DNA of 64,000 bases from an uncultured Actinomycetota bacterium (GTDB taxonomy: Bacteria > Actinomycetota > Actinomycetes > CAVWCF01). How positions within the stretch are numbered: position 1 is the first letter of the stretch; each line of letters begins with the position of its first letter. Below, in pieces: positions 21,673 to 31,175 of the stretch. The notes beneath the pieces were generated by a model. The model did no database searches. It was not told the DNA's origin and saw nothing but the letters and a program-made list of their open reading frames with translations. Location of the stretch: assembly GCA_963753435.1 (NCBI GenBank), contig CAVWCF010000001.1, positions 512,001 to 576,000 on the forward strand, in the 5' to 3' direction. A program made the position numbers and the translations under genes.

Positions 21673-22691
21673 TGATCGACCTTCGTTCCGACACCGTCAC
21701 CCTGCCCGATGCGGGCATGCGGGCGGCAATGGCGGCGGCGCCGGTCGGCGACGACCAGTTCGGCGAGGACCCGAGCGTCAATGCGCTGCAGGAGCAGTTG
21801 GCCGACCTGTTGGGGCATGAGGCCGCACTGTGGCTACCCACGGGGACCATGGCCAATCAGGTGGCCCTGCGGGTGCTGACCCAACCCGGTGACGACGTCG
21901 TCGTCGCGCCGGAGTCGCACTCCGTATGGCATGAGACCGGAGCGTCGGCGGCCAACGCCGGTGTTCAGTTCACGGTCGCCGGCTCCGCCGGCCGGTTCAC
22001 CGCCGATGACCTGCAAGCGGCAACCAAGCCCACCGGCCACATGATCCTGCCGCCGACCACGCTGGTGCAGATCGAGAACACGCATAACCGGGCGGGCGGG
22101 GTGGCGTGGTCCGCCGCCGAAGTGCGGCCGGTGCTCGCCAAGGCGAAGGAGCTCGGCTTGGCCGCCTACTGCGACGGCGCCCGCCTCTGGAACGCCGCCG
22201 TGGCGACCGGTACGCCCGAATCGGAGTTGGCCGACGGGTTTGACCTGGTTGCTGTCGCCTTCTCCAAGGGCCTGGGGGCACCTGCCGGATCGGCCCTGGC
22301 TGGATCAGCGGACCTGATCCGCCGCGCCTTGCGATATCGGCGCATGTTCGGCGGCGCCATGCGGCAGGCGGGGATCTTGGCCGCTGCCGCGTCGTACGCC
22401 TTGGCCAACCGAGAGCGACTCCACGAGGATCACGCCAACGCGGCGACCCTGGCCGAAACACTGCAGCCGGTGGCCGGTGTTTCGGTGCGTCCGCATGACA
22501 GCAACATCGTGGTGTTCGACCTGGACGACGCCGGCCCGGACGCTGCCACCGTGGTCCAGCGCGCTGCGGCCGAGGGCGTGGCGGTACTGGCGTTCGCACC
22601 GCGCACCGTGCGCGCCGTCACGCACCTGGGGGTAACCGCCAGCGACTGCCAAGCGGCAGCTCAGGTGCTGGCCGCCGCCAGCGCCGGCTGA
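21672..22691 (+). CDS. ltaE: low-specificity L-threonine aldolase
   Basis: [46 protein letters not shown]; TGATG coupling to HeR. Confidence 0.92.
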   Translation: MIDLRSDTVTLPDAGMRAAMAAAPVGDDQFGEDPSVNALQEQLADLLGHEAALWLPTGTMANQVALRVLTQPGDDVVVAPESHSVWHETGASAANAGVQFTVAGSAGRFTADDLQAATKPTGHMILPPTTLVQIENTHNRAGGVAWSAAEVRPVLAKAKELGLAAYCDGARLWNAAVATGTPESELADGFDLVAVAFSKGLGAPAGSALAGSADLIRRALRYRRMFGGAMRQAGILAAAASYALANRERLHEDHANAATLAETLQPVAGVSVRPHDSNIVVFDLDDAGPDAATVVQRAAAEGVAVLAFAPRTVRAVTHLGVTASDCQAAAQVLAAASAG

Positions 22692-23125
22692 GCGCCGGCG
22701 CGCGTCCGCACCGCGTAGACGGTGTCCAGCAAGAGCAGGAAGCCACCCTGGACGAGGATTCCCGCGCCATCGCCACGAACGGTTTCGGCGTCCGCGCGCG
22801 CAAAACGATCAGCGATCTGCCCGGAACGGGACAGCATCAGCAACCCGCCGGCGAGGTAGCCGAAATCGGCGCCAGCATTGATGAGCAGGATTCGATGCAG
22901 TTTCCGCAGATCCTCCGGCGATTGCTCACCTCGGCCTCGATAGGCACCGATCCCCGCGATGACCAGATCCACCGCACCCCAGCCGACTTGCTGCCTCGCG
23001 AACCCCTTGCGCCAGTTCTGTTGCGTGGCGTCCGCGGAGCGTGCCAGGACCTGACCCGCCACAACACTGGCCGCACCCCAAGCACCCAGCAATGAGGTCA
23101 GTTGCCGGTCCAGTCGTGCCGCCAT
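22661..23125 (-). CDS. hypothetical membrane protein (DUF6992-like)
   Basis: [29 protein letters not shown]. Confidence 0.7.
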   Translation of the reverse strand: MAARLDRQLTSLLGAWGAASVVAGQVLARSADATQQNWRKGFARQQVGWGAVDLVIAGIGAYRGRGEQSPEDLRKLHRILLINAGADFGYLAGGLLMLSRSGQIADRFARADAETVRGDGAGILVQGGFLLLLDTVYAVRTRAGAQPALAAAST

Positions 23126-23181
23126 CCCCCAATCCTGTCGTAGCCGGGCGCAGCTCGGGACGGCCTGGCCACAATGTCGAG

Positions 23182-23856
23182 ATGACCACAGCAGAGATCT
23201 GGCATGAAGTTGACGAGTTCATCGAGGAACGACTCCTAGCTGGAGCCCCCGGCCCTCGGTCGGCCGCCGAACGTGCCGAGGCGGCCGGGCTGCCGCACAT
23301 CGCGGTGTCACCCCCGTTGGGAGCGCTGCTTGCCCTGTTGGCACAGGCGATCGGGGCGCGCCGGGTACTCGAAGTGGGCACCCTCGGTGGCTACAGCACC
23401 CTTTGGCTGGCCCAGGCGCTGCCGGCCGACGGCGAGGTGATCACCTTGGAGATCGACGCGACTCACGCCGCCGTCGCCATGGAGTCGATTCGACTGGCCC
23501 AACCTGAGGCCCGGGTCGAGGTCAGACTGGGCCCGGCCCTGGATGCCCTCGACACGCTGATCGAGGAGGCCGGGCCCGAGTTCGACCTGGCCTTCATCGA
23601 CGCGGACAAGACCAACAACGCTCAGTACGTCGAGCGGGCGCTGCGCCTCTGCCGGCCCGGGGCACTCATCATCGTGGACAACGTGGTGCGCGACGGCCGC
23701 GTGCTCGACGCGGACTCGACCGATGATTCCGTCCGCGGGACCCGCGCCCTCTACGAGTTCGTGGCCGCCGAACCCCGGCTGGAGGCCACCGCCATCCAGA
23801 CCGTGGGCAGCAAGGGCTACGACGGCTTCCTGCTGGCCCGGGTTCGTGCCGACTAG
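23182..23856 (+). CDS. SAM-dependent O-methyltransferase
   Basis: VLEVGTLGGYS, FIDADK, DNVVRDG, KGYDGF. Confidence 0.92.
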   Translation: MTTAEIWHEVDEFIEERLLAGAPGPRSAAERAEAAGLPHIAVSPPLGALLALLAQAIGARRVLEVGTLGGYSTLWLAQALPADGEVITLEIDATHAAVAMESIRLAQPEARVEVRLGPALDALDTLIEEAGPEFDLAFIDADKTNNAQYVERALRLCRPGALIIVDNVVRDGRVLDADSTDDSVRGTRALYEFVAAEPRLEATAIQTVGSKGYDGFLLARVRAD

Positions 23857-23865
23857 CGTCCGAGC

Positions 23866-24078
23866 ATGTGTCGAAGCATCAAGACTTTGCGACCCCCATA
23901 CACCGATGCCGTAACCGACGCGGACGTCCGGGCCGCAGCGCTGCAGTACGTCCGCAAGGTGTCCGGGTTCCGCAGCCCGGCGGCGCACAATGCCGAGGAG
24001 TTCGACCGGGCAGTCGATGACATCACGATCGCGACGCAGCGACTCCTCGATGGCCTAACGGTTCGGGGCCGCACCTGA
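23866..24078 (+). CDS. DUF2277 family protein
   Basis: MCRSIKTLR...AAALQYVRKVSG. Confidence 0.9.
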   Translation: MCRSIKTLRPPYTDAVTDADVRAAALQYVRKVSGFRSPAAHNAEEFDRAVDDITIATQRLLDGLTVRGRT

Positions 24079-24144
24079 GGTGCGGCCCCGAACCAAGACC
24101 GGTTGCCCGGCCAGAATCTGGCAGTAGGGCGGTCTCCCGGCGGA

Positions 24145-26991
24145 TCAGCTGCAACCGCTGGTGCTGCCACACCCTTCGCAGACGTAGCAGGAACCCGACG
24201 GCCGCATCTTGACGCCGCAGGTCATGCACATCGGCGCATCCGCGGCAGCCCCGGTCAGCTGCTCCAGCAACTCCATCGACGAGTGCGTTCCCGCCGGAGC
24301 CGGGCCGGAGATACCGATCGGATGCGCAGCCGGCTCAGCCGCTACTGGCTCGTCCGACCCGGGCACCTCCTCATCAATACCCAGCTCGTCCTGCTCCTCG
24401 TAGCTTCCCGTCTCAACAGCCCGGGCACGTTCCTCGGCCGTGTAGATGCCGAGTTGCGACCGTGTCTCGAACGGCAGGTGGTCCAGCGCCAGCCGCCTGA
24501 AGATGTAGTCCATCACCGACTGCGACATCCGGATGTCCGGGTCATCGGTCATGCCCGCCGGGTCGAATCGCATGTTGATGAACTTCGAGACGTAGGCCTC
24601 CAACGGGACGCCGTACTGCAGCCCGATCGAGATCGCGATCGAGAAGGCGTCCATGACACCGGCCAGGGTTGATCCCTGCTTGCTCATCTTGATGAACAAC
24701 TCGCCCAGGCCGTTGTCCGGGTAGGAACCGGCGGTCAGATAACCCTCGGCGCCGGCAACGGAGAACGAAACGGTCGTGCTCGGCCGCGACTTGGGCAGCC
24801 GCTTGCGGACCGGCCGGTACTCGACCTCGACCTGCTTGGCCGCATCTCCCTCGGTCTTGGCTCGCGCATCCGACAACGGCTGGCCGACCTTGCAGTTGTC
24901 CCGGTAGACGGCCAGCGCCTTCAGACCGAGTTTCCAGCCCTGCAGATAGACGTCCTCGATCTCCCCCACCGACGCCGTCTCGGGCAGGTTGACCGTCTTG
25001 GAAATAGCACCGGAGATGAACGGCTGGACCGCAGCCATCATGCGAACGTGCCCCATCGGCTTGATCGACCGTTCGCCCATTGCGCAGTCGAACACCGAGT
25101 AGTGCTCCGGCTTGAGGCCTGGTGCGTCAACCACGTTTCCGTGCGCGGAGATGTGCTCGACGATCGCCTCGATCGTCTCCTCGGTGTAGCCAAGCTTGTG
25201 CAGCGCTCGCGGCACCGTCTGGTTGACGATCTGCATGGAGCCGCCACCGACGAGCTTCTTGAACTTGACCAGCGCCAGGTCCGGTTCGATGCCGGTCGTG
25301 TCGCAGTCCATCATCAGGCCGATCGTGCCCGTGGGCGCCAGCACCGATGCCTGGGAGTTACGCCAACCGTTCGATCCACCGACCGCCAAGCACTTCTCCC
25401 ACTCCGCCGTGGCCGCGCCGTGGACGGTGCGGTCCAACTCGGAGTAGGTGCGGACCGCGTCATTGGCGGCGGCGTGCTTGCGCATGACTCGCGTGTGCGC
25501 TTCCGCGTTGCGCGAGTAGCCGTCGTAGGTCCCGACGACTCCGGCCAGTTCAGCCGACCGCCGGTACGCGGTGCCGGTCATCAGCGAGGTGATCGCGGCC
25601 GCCAGCGCCCGACCGGCGTCGGAGTCGTACGCCAGACCGCTGGCCATCAGCAGCGCGCCCAGGTTCGCGTAGCCGATCCCCAACTGGCGAAACGCGCGGG
25701 TGGTGTCGCCGATCGCCTCAGTCGGGAAGTCCGCGAAGCAGATGGAGATGTCCATCGCCGTGATGACCAGCTCAACGGCCTTGGTGAATGTCGCGGCGTC
25801 GAAGGTGTCGTCCGAACGCAGGAACTTCAGCAGGTTCAGGCTGGCGAGGTTGCACGAGGAGTTGTCCAGGTGCATGTACTCGCTGCATGGGTTGGAGGCG
25901 GTGATCCGCCCCGACTCCGGGCAGGTGTGCCAGTCGTTGATGATGCCGTCGTACTGAATGCCGGGGTCGGCGCACTCCCAGGCTGCCTGCGCCATGCGGT
26001 GGAACAGATCGCGCGCGTCGACCTCCTCGATGACCTCCCCGGTGGCCCGGGCGCGCAGCCCGAACTGCCCACCTTCCTCGACTGCGCGCATGAAGTCGTC
26101 GGAGACCCGTACCGAGTTGTTGGCGTTCTGGTACTGCACCGAGACGATGTCGCGCCCGCCGAGGTCCATGTCGAAGCCGGCATCGCGCAGGGCGCGGATC
26201 TTGTCTTCCTCGCGGGCCTTGGTGTTGATGAACTCCTCGATGTCAGGGTGATCGACGTCGAGGACAACCATCTTGGCCGCCCGCCGCGTGGCCCCACCGG
26301 ACTTGATCGTTCCGGCGGATGCGTCCGCACCGCGCATGAAGGAAACCGGGCCGGAGGCCGTGCCCCCGGAGCTCAGCAGCTCCTTGCTGGAACGGATCCG
26401 CGAAAGGTTGAGGCCGGCGCCGGAGCCGCCCTTGAAGATGCGCCCTTCTTCCCGGTACCAGTTCAGGATCGAGTCCATCGTGTCGTCGACAGCCAGGATG
26501 AAGCAGGCCGAGACCTGCTGCGGTGCCGTGGTACCGACGTTGAACCACACCGGAGAGTTGAACGAGAAGACCTGGTGCAACAGCATCCAAGTCAGTTCGT
26601 GCTCGAAGACCTCGGCATCGGCGTCGGTCTCGAAGTAGCCGTGCTCGAGGCCGGCGGACGTGTACTTCTTGACCACCCGGTCAATGACCTGCCGCAGGCT
26701 CCACTCGCGACTGTCCGAGCCGACCGCGCCACGGAAGTACTTGGTGGTCACGATCGTGGAAGCGTTCACGGACCAGAAGTCCGGGTACTCCACGCCGCGC
26801 TGCTCGAAGACCACGTCGCCGGTCTTCCAGTTGGTCTGGACCACGTCGCGGCGTTCCCAGGTCACCTCGTCGTACGGATGCAGACCGGCCGTCGTGTAGA
26901 CGCGCTCGATCTTCAGCCCGTTGCGCTGAAGTTGCGGGCGCACATCGGTGGCCTGCTCGTGGGCCGGCGTGTTGCTCGCCGTCTCGGTCAT
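24145..26991 (-). CDS. nrdJ: vitamin B12-dependent (class II) ribonucleotide reductase
   Basis: [34 protein letters not shown]-terminal CxxC...CxxCG. Confidence 0.96.
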   Translation of the reverse strand: MTETASNTPAHEQATDVRPQLQRNGLKIERVYTTAGLHPYDEVTWERRDVVQTNWKTGDVVFEQRGVEYPDFWSVNASTIVTTKYFRGAVGSDSREWSLRQVIDRVVKKYTSAGLEHGYFETDADAEVFEHELTWMLLHQVFSFNSPVWFNVGTTAPQQVSACFILAVDDTMDSILNWYREEGRIFKGGSGAGLNLSRIRSSKELLSSGGTASGPVSFMRGADASAGTIKSGGATRRAAKMVVLDVDHPDIEEFINTKAREEDKIRALRDAGFDMDLGGRDIVSVQYQNANNSVRVSDDFMRAVEEGGQFGLRARATGEVIEEVDARDLFHRMAQAAWECADPGIQYDGIINDWHTCPESGRITASNPCSEYMHLDNSSCNLASLNLLKFLRSDDTFDAATFTKAVELVITAMDISICFADFPTEAIGDTTRAFRQLGIGYANLGALLMASGLAYDSDAGRALAAAITSLMTGTAYRRSAELAGVVGTYDGYSRNAEAHTRVMRKHAAANDAVRTYSELDRTVHGAATAEWEKCLAVGGSNGWRNSQASVLAPTGTIGLMMDCDTTGIEPDLALVKFKKLVGGGSMQIVNQTVPRALHKLGYTEETIEAIVEHISAHGNVVDAPGLKPEHYSVFDCAMGERSIKPMGHVRMMAAVQPFISGAISKTVNLPETASVGEIEDVYLQGWKLGLKALAVYRDNCKVGQPLSDARAKTEGDAAKQVEVEYRPVRKRLPKSRPSTTVSFSVAGAEGYLTAGSYPDNGLGELFIKMSKQGSTLAGVMDAFSIAISIGLQYGVPLEAYVSKFINMRFDPAGMTDDPDIRMSQSVMDYIFRRLALDHLPFETRSQLGIYTAEERARAVETGSYEEQDELGIDEEVPGSDEPVAAEPAAHPIGISGPAPAGTHSSMELLEQLTGAAADAPMCMTCGVKMRPSGSCYVCEGCGSTSGCS

Positions 26992-27581
26992 GTGTGGGTC
27001 CCCTCGGCAGTGGTGTCAGTCCCGGTGTCCCGGGCGGATGCGGTCAGCTGTTGTTCTGGCGTTTGGGTTGTGCTCAGGTCGGACGGTTGCGATTCGGCCT
27101 CGGACAGGCCGGCTTCGTCGGCGATGTCGCCCAGTTCCTGCTCGGTACGCAGCAGGGCGATCTCCGACTCGAAGTCGTCAAGGGAGTCAAAGGAGCGGTA
27201 GACCGACGCGAAGCGCATGTAGGCGACCTCGTCCAGTTCCCGCAACGGCCCGAGGATCTCCAGGCCCACGTCGTGCGCGTCCACCTCGGCGACGCCGGCG
27301 GCGCGGACCGCTTCCTCGACCCGGTGCGCCAGCACCGCGAGGTCATCGTCACTGACTGGCCGCCCCTGGCAGGCCTTGCGCACGCCGGTGATGACCTTGT
27401 CGCGGCTGAACGGCTCGGTGGCGCCGGAGCGCTTGACGACCACCAGCGAGGCCTGCTCCACCGTGGTGAAGCGCCGGTTGCAGGTCAGACACTGGCGGCG
27501 GCGGCGAATGGCCAGGCCGTCGTCGGCGGTTCGGCTGTCAACCACGCGCGACTCGGCGTTTCGGCAGTAAGGGCAACGCAT
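26988..27581 (-). CDS. nrdR: transcriptional repressor NrdR
   Basis: MRCPYC, VVDSR, IRRRRQC..C..RFTT, ATP-cone, [10 protein letters not shown]. Confidence 0.97.
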   Translation of the reverse strand: MRCPYCRNAESRVVDSRTADDGLAIRRRRQCLTCNRRFTTVEQASLVVVKRSGATEPFSRDKVITGVRKACQGRPVSDDDLAVLAHRVEEAVRAAGVAEVDAHDVGLEILGPLRELDEVAYMRFASVYRSFDSLDDFESEIALLRTEQELGDIADEAGLSEAESQPSDLSTTQTPEQQLTASARDTGTDTTAEGTHT

Positions 27582-27676
27582 GGGACACCTCCCGTCCGGC
27601 GCTTTCGGGCCACCGATGGAAGCCACGTCCCTGGGGACAACCTGTGGGTGTCTTGGGGACAGGTTGTGGTCTGGAA

Positions 27677-27724
27677 ACCACAACCTGTGGATGACTTACA
27701 TTGGTGTAACCACTAGATGTTGGG
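27677..27724. promoter_or_regulatory. tandem NrdR boxes
   Basis: accacaacctgtggat (27677) and accactagatgttggg (27709) start 32 bp apart, upstream of nrdR-nrdJ. Confidence 0.75.
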
Positions 27725-27820
27725 GTAACCGTATGACTGTGACGTTGGTTACGCAAGACCCTGAATGCGCATCGGCGTGTCGCCACCGGTGGCGCGGCGT
27801 TGCCGCAGGTCAGAGCCGTT

Positions 27821-28177
27821 TCAGGCCGGCACGAGCAACGCCTGGCCGGCCACCACGGGTGCCGCGTCCAGGTTGTTGAGCTCCTCGATCTCAGCGATGA
27901 CCGCGCGCGGATCCCGCTGCGGGTCCACGGTCCGGGCGATACCCCAAAGGCTGTCCCCCGCTTGGACCACGACGGTTCGGGTGACTGGGCCGCTGGGCTC
28001 GGCCCAGGCAACGGCGCTACGCGTCACGCCCAGTAGCCCGATCAGCAAGACGGCCAGCAGCGCCAATAGCACCAACCTGCCTCGTCTCGTCAGGCGAATC
28101 CCCTGCGGAATCGCAGCCAGGGTTCCCGCGGCGGACGCGGCGGTGGGGCGCTGCGCGTGGGTGCGGATGGTCTTCAT
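27821..28177 (-). CDS. LysM peptidoglycan-binding membrane protein (ChiZ/YneA-like SOS division inhibitor)
   Basis: RLTRRGR + TM helix + VVVQAGDSLWGIA LysM; divergent from lexA. Confidence 0.88.
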   Translation of the reverse strand: MKTIRTHAQRPTAASAAGTLAAIPQGIRLTRRGRLVLLALLAVLLIGLLGVTRSAVAWAEPSGPVTRTVVVQAGDSLWGIARTVDPQRDPRAVIAEIEELNNLDAAPVVAGQALLVPA

Positions 28178-28199
28178 ACCGACCTCCCAGTCACTCTTG

Positions 28200-28296
28200 T
28201 CGAACACCTGTTCGTTCGAACACCTGTGCGATGTATAGCCAAATCACGAGGCAAAGTCCAGAAACACTCGAACATGTGTTTGAAACTCGTGTTCGA
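28200..28296. promoter_or_regulatory. cluster of LexA (SOS) boxes
   Basis: tcgaacacctgttcgt 28200, tcgaacacctgtgcga 28216, tcgaacatgtgtttga 28268, tgaaactcgtgttcga 28281 vs consensus TCGAAC-N4-GTTCGA. Confidence 0.9.
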
Positions 28297-28320
28297 AGGG
28301 CCTACCTTTCGTTCCGTAGG

Positions 28321-28383
28321 GCAACCAGAACGCTGCAAACCGAGAACGCTGCAAACCAGAACACTGCAAACCAGAACGCTGCA
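28321..28383 (+). repeat. four tandem 14-16 nt repeats (gcaaaccagaacgct) in the lexA leader
   Basis: Units start at 28321, 28335, 28351 and 28366. Confidence 0.9.
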
Positions 28384-28459
28384 CCCGCATGCCGGACACT
28401 CTCGCGAGGGGGTCCGACACGGCTTGTGGGGCAGCCACCGCAGGTGAGGGAGGACCCCA

Positions 28460-29191
28460 GTGGATGGCGACGCGGAGATCAAGCAGTTCCCCGACCCAGT
28501 GGACGGCGTCGAGGGCCACTCACTGACGCCGCGACAGCGGCGCGTCCTGGAGGTCATCCGGTCCGCCGTCACCGAGCGGGGCTACCCGCCCAGCATGCGC
28601 GAGATAGGCGAGGCAGTGGGGCTGACGTCGCCATCTTCGGTCGCCCACCAATTGGCGGCACTTGAGCGCAAGGGCTACTTGCGTCGGGACCCACACCGCC
28701 CCCGCGCCATCGAGGTCCTGGAACCCGGCGCGGCGCCAGGTTCACCGCCCCCGCCGCTTGACGCGATCAAGGACGCGGCCTGGGTTGACGAGACCGACAG
28801 CGGCGACAGTGCGCCCACGCCGGCGTACGTGCCTGTCGTGGGACGCATTGCCGCCGGCGGTCCGATCCTGGCCGAAGAGGCAATTGAGGACGTGTTTCCG
28901 CTGCCCACCCAGCTTGTCGGCGACGGCACCCTCTTCCTGCTGAACGTTGTCGGCGACTCGATGATCGAAGCTGCCATCTGCGATGGGGACTGGGTCGTCG
29001 TCCGTCAGCAGAACGTTGCCGACAACGGTGACATCGTTGCGGCGATGATTGACGGTGAGGCGACGGTCAAGACCTTCAAGAGGCGAGACGGGCACGTCTG
29101 GCTGATGCCGCACAACCCCGCGTATGAGCCGATCAACGGCGACGAGGCCAGCGTCCTTGGTCGCGTAGTGGCGGTCCTTCGGCGGGTGTAG
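28460..29191 (+). CDS. lexA: LexA repressor
   Basis: [23 protein letters not shown] cleavage site, GDSM, ATVK. Confidence 0.97.
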   Translation: MDGDAEIKQFPDPVDGVEGHSLTPRQRRVLEVIRSAVTERGYPPSMREIGEAVGLTSPSSVAHQLAALERKGYLRRDPHRPRAIEVLEPGAAPGSPPPPLDAIKDAAWVDETDSGDSAPTPAYVPVVGRIAAGGPILAEEAIEDVFPLPTQLVGDGTLFLLNVVGDSMIEAAICDGDWVVVRQQNVADNGDIVAAMIDGEATVKTFKRRDGHVWLMPHNPAYEPINGDEASVLGRVVAVLRRV

Positions 29192-29212
29192 CCAGCAGAG
29201 CGGGCAGTGGCG

Positions 29213-31168
29213 CTAACCGGCTGACGACTCCGCATCCAGTCGACGCAACGCCTCGCGGACTGCCGCCCCGTCGGTCGTCCGCCAGAACGGCGGCAGTGAC
29301 CTGAGCAAGAACCCGGAGTAGCCGGCGTTGGCCAGCCTGGAGTCCAGGACCGCGACCACTCCCCGATCACTGCCCCGCCGGATCAGCCGACCGGCCCCCT
29401 GCGCCAGCCGAAGTGCTGCCGTGGTGGCGCTGACCGCCATGAACCCGGCCGAACCGAGCAGTTCTTGGCGAGCCTGGACCAGGGGGTCATCGGGGCGTGG
29501 GAACGGGATTCGGTCGATAACGACGAGGTGGCAGGTCGCCCCCGGGACGTCCACGCCCTGCCACAGGGACAGGGTCCCGAACAGGCTGGTGGCGGGATCC
29601 TCGGCGAACTGCCGCACTAACGTCGCCGTCAGATCCTCCCCCTGGCACAAGACCCGCGCACCGGTTTCGGCGCGAACATGCTCAGCCGCTTCCTCTGCGG
29701 CTGCCTGCGAACTGAACAGGCCGAGGGTTCGGCCGCCGGCTGCGGTGAGCAGTTCGGTCAGCTCGACCAACGCGGCCGCACCGATCCCCCGGGCCGGCGG
29801 CGGCAGCGCTGCGGCAACGTAGAGAACCCCCTGGCTGGCGTAGTCGAACGGGGAGCCGACGTCGATACCGACCCAGCCCGGTTCTTCGTCCGGATCTGCC
29901 ACGTCGATGCCCAGGCGACCCGCGAGCGCGTTGAAGTCGCCGCCGACGGTGAGAGTCGCCGAGGTCAGGACCGCGGTGCGGTCCCGGAACAGGGCGGCGG
30001 CCAGGATCTCGGAAACGTCCAAAGGCGCAACGTGCAGGGCCTGGCCGCGCCGCGGCGATTCGGAGACCCAGACGACGTCGCCGGTGTCAAAGGACACCAA
30101 CCGACCGATGACGTCGCTGATCTCCTCCAGCCCGGAGCGGGCCTGCTTGCGCATCAAGGAGTCGGCCTCGCCACCGCCACCCAGTGTCCGGACTGCGGCT
30201 TGGGTCAAGTCCCGCAGCGCGACCAGCACATCGAACAGGCCGCCTGCGATTCGAACACGGCCCTCGGGGGTGTCCGACAGGGCCTCCTCAAGGCGCCGGC
30301 CGGCAACCGCCAAGGGCTCGGCGTCGGCGGAGTCCAGGAATCGGCCCGCCCGGGCGATCGCACGCTCCACCTGTGCCGGTAGCAGTTCGGCCGCCGCGGT
30401 CGAGGTGACCCGATCGGGCAGTTCGTGACCTTCGTCGACCACCACCGCACCGTGTTCGGGCAGCAGCGGGATGTCCTCCAGCGCATCGATGGCCAGCATT
30501 GCGTGGTTGGTCACGACTAGGTCGGCGTCGCGGGCCCGCTCCCGCGCCACTTCCGCGAAGCAGTCTGCCCCCTGCGGGCAATCAGTCGCCCCCAGGCACT
30601 CCCGACTCGTCACGCTGAACGCGCGCCAGACCCGGTCGGGCACGCCGGGCTGCAGTTCGTCACGGTCACCGGAGTCGGTCGCCGCCGCCCAGGATCGAAC
30701 CCGCGCCGCGTGGGCGGTCATGGACCCGCCAGCCGCCTCGAACAGCCCGGCCTGCTCGTCGTCGGCTTCCGGCCCACCTTCAAGCCGATTGCGGCACAAG
30801 TAGTTGGCGCGCCCCTTCAGCAGGGCGACCGAAACCGGCCGCGGCAGCAGTGGTTGCAGCGCCGCCGTCACGGCCGGGAGGTCCTTGTCCATCAGTTGCC
30901 GCTGCAGCGCCAGTGTTGCCGTGGCAACAACCACGCACTCGTCGTTGTCAACTGCGTACTGGACGGCTGCCACCAGGTAGGCCAGCGATTTGCCGGTGCC
31001 GGTGCCAGCCTGGACGAGTAGGTGCCTTTGGTCGGCGAAGGCCGCCGCTACCGCCTCGGCCATCTGGGCCTGCCCCGTGCGGCGCTGCCCGCCTACTGCT
31101 GCGACCGCGGCGTCCAGAAGGTCACTCAGATCACTGGACGCTGCTGTCACCGGGGCATCCTGCCCCAC
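29213..31168 (-). CDS. dinG: DinG-family ATP-dependent DNA helicase
   Basis: QAGTGTGKS, LLKGRANYLC, DEGH, TSAT, QGAGRLIR; start may be GTG 31150. Confidence 0.9.
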   Translation of the reverse strand: MGQDAPVTAASSDLSDLLDAAVAAVGGQRRTGQAQMAEAVAAAFADQRHLLVQAGTGTGKSLAYLVAAVQYAVDNDECVVVATATLALQRQLMDKDLPAVTAALQPLLPRPVSVALLKGRANYLCRNRLEGGPEADDEQAGLFEAAGGSMTAHAARVRSWAAATDSGDRDELQPGVPDRVWRAFSVTSRECLGATDCPQGADCFAEVARERARDADLVVTNHAMLAIDALEDIPLLPEHGAVVVDEGHELPDRVTSTAAAELLPAQVERAIARAGRFLDSADAEPLAVAGRRLEEALSDTPEGRVRIAGGLFDVLVALRDLTQAAVRTLGGGGEADSLMRKQARSGLEEISDVIGRLVSFDTGDVVWVSESPRRGQALHVAPLDVSEILAAALFRDRTAVLTSATLTVGGDFNALAGRLGIDVADPDEEPGWVGIDVGSPFDYASQGVLYVAAALPPPARGIGAAALVELTELLTAAGGRTLGLFSSQAAAEEAAEHVRAETGARVLCQGEDLTATLVRQFAEDPATSLFGTLSLWQGVDVPGATCHLVVIDRIPFPRPDDPLVQARQELLGSAGFMAVSATTAALRLAQGAGRLIRRGSDRGVVAVLDSRLANAGYSGFLLRSLPPFWRTTDGAAVREALRRLDAESSAG

Positions 31169-31175
31169 TGCTGGG

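Noticed and set aside
28321-28383. Mini-CRISPR upstream of lexA
   Set aside because: Units are head-to-tail with no spacers; it is a simple tandem repeat.
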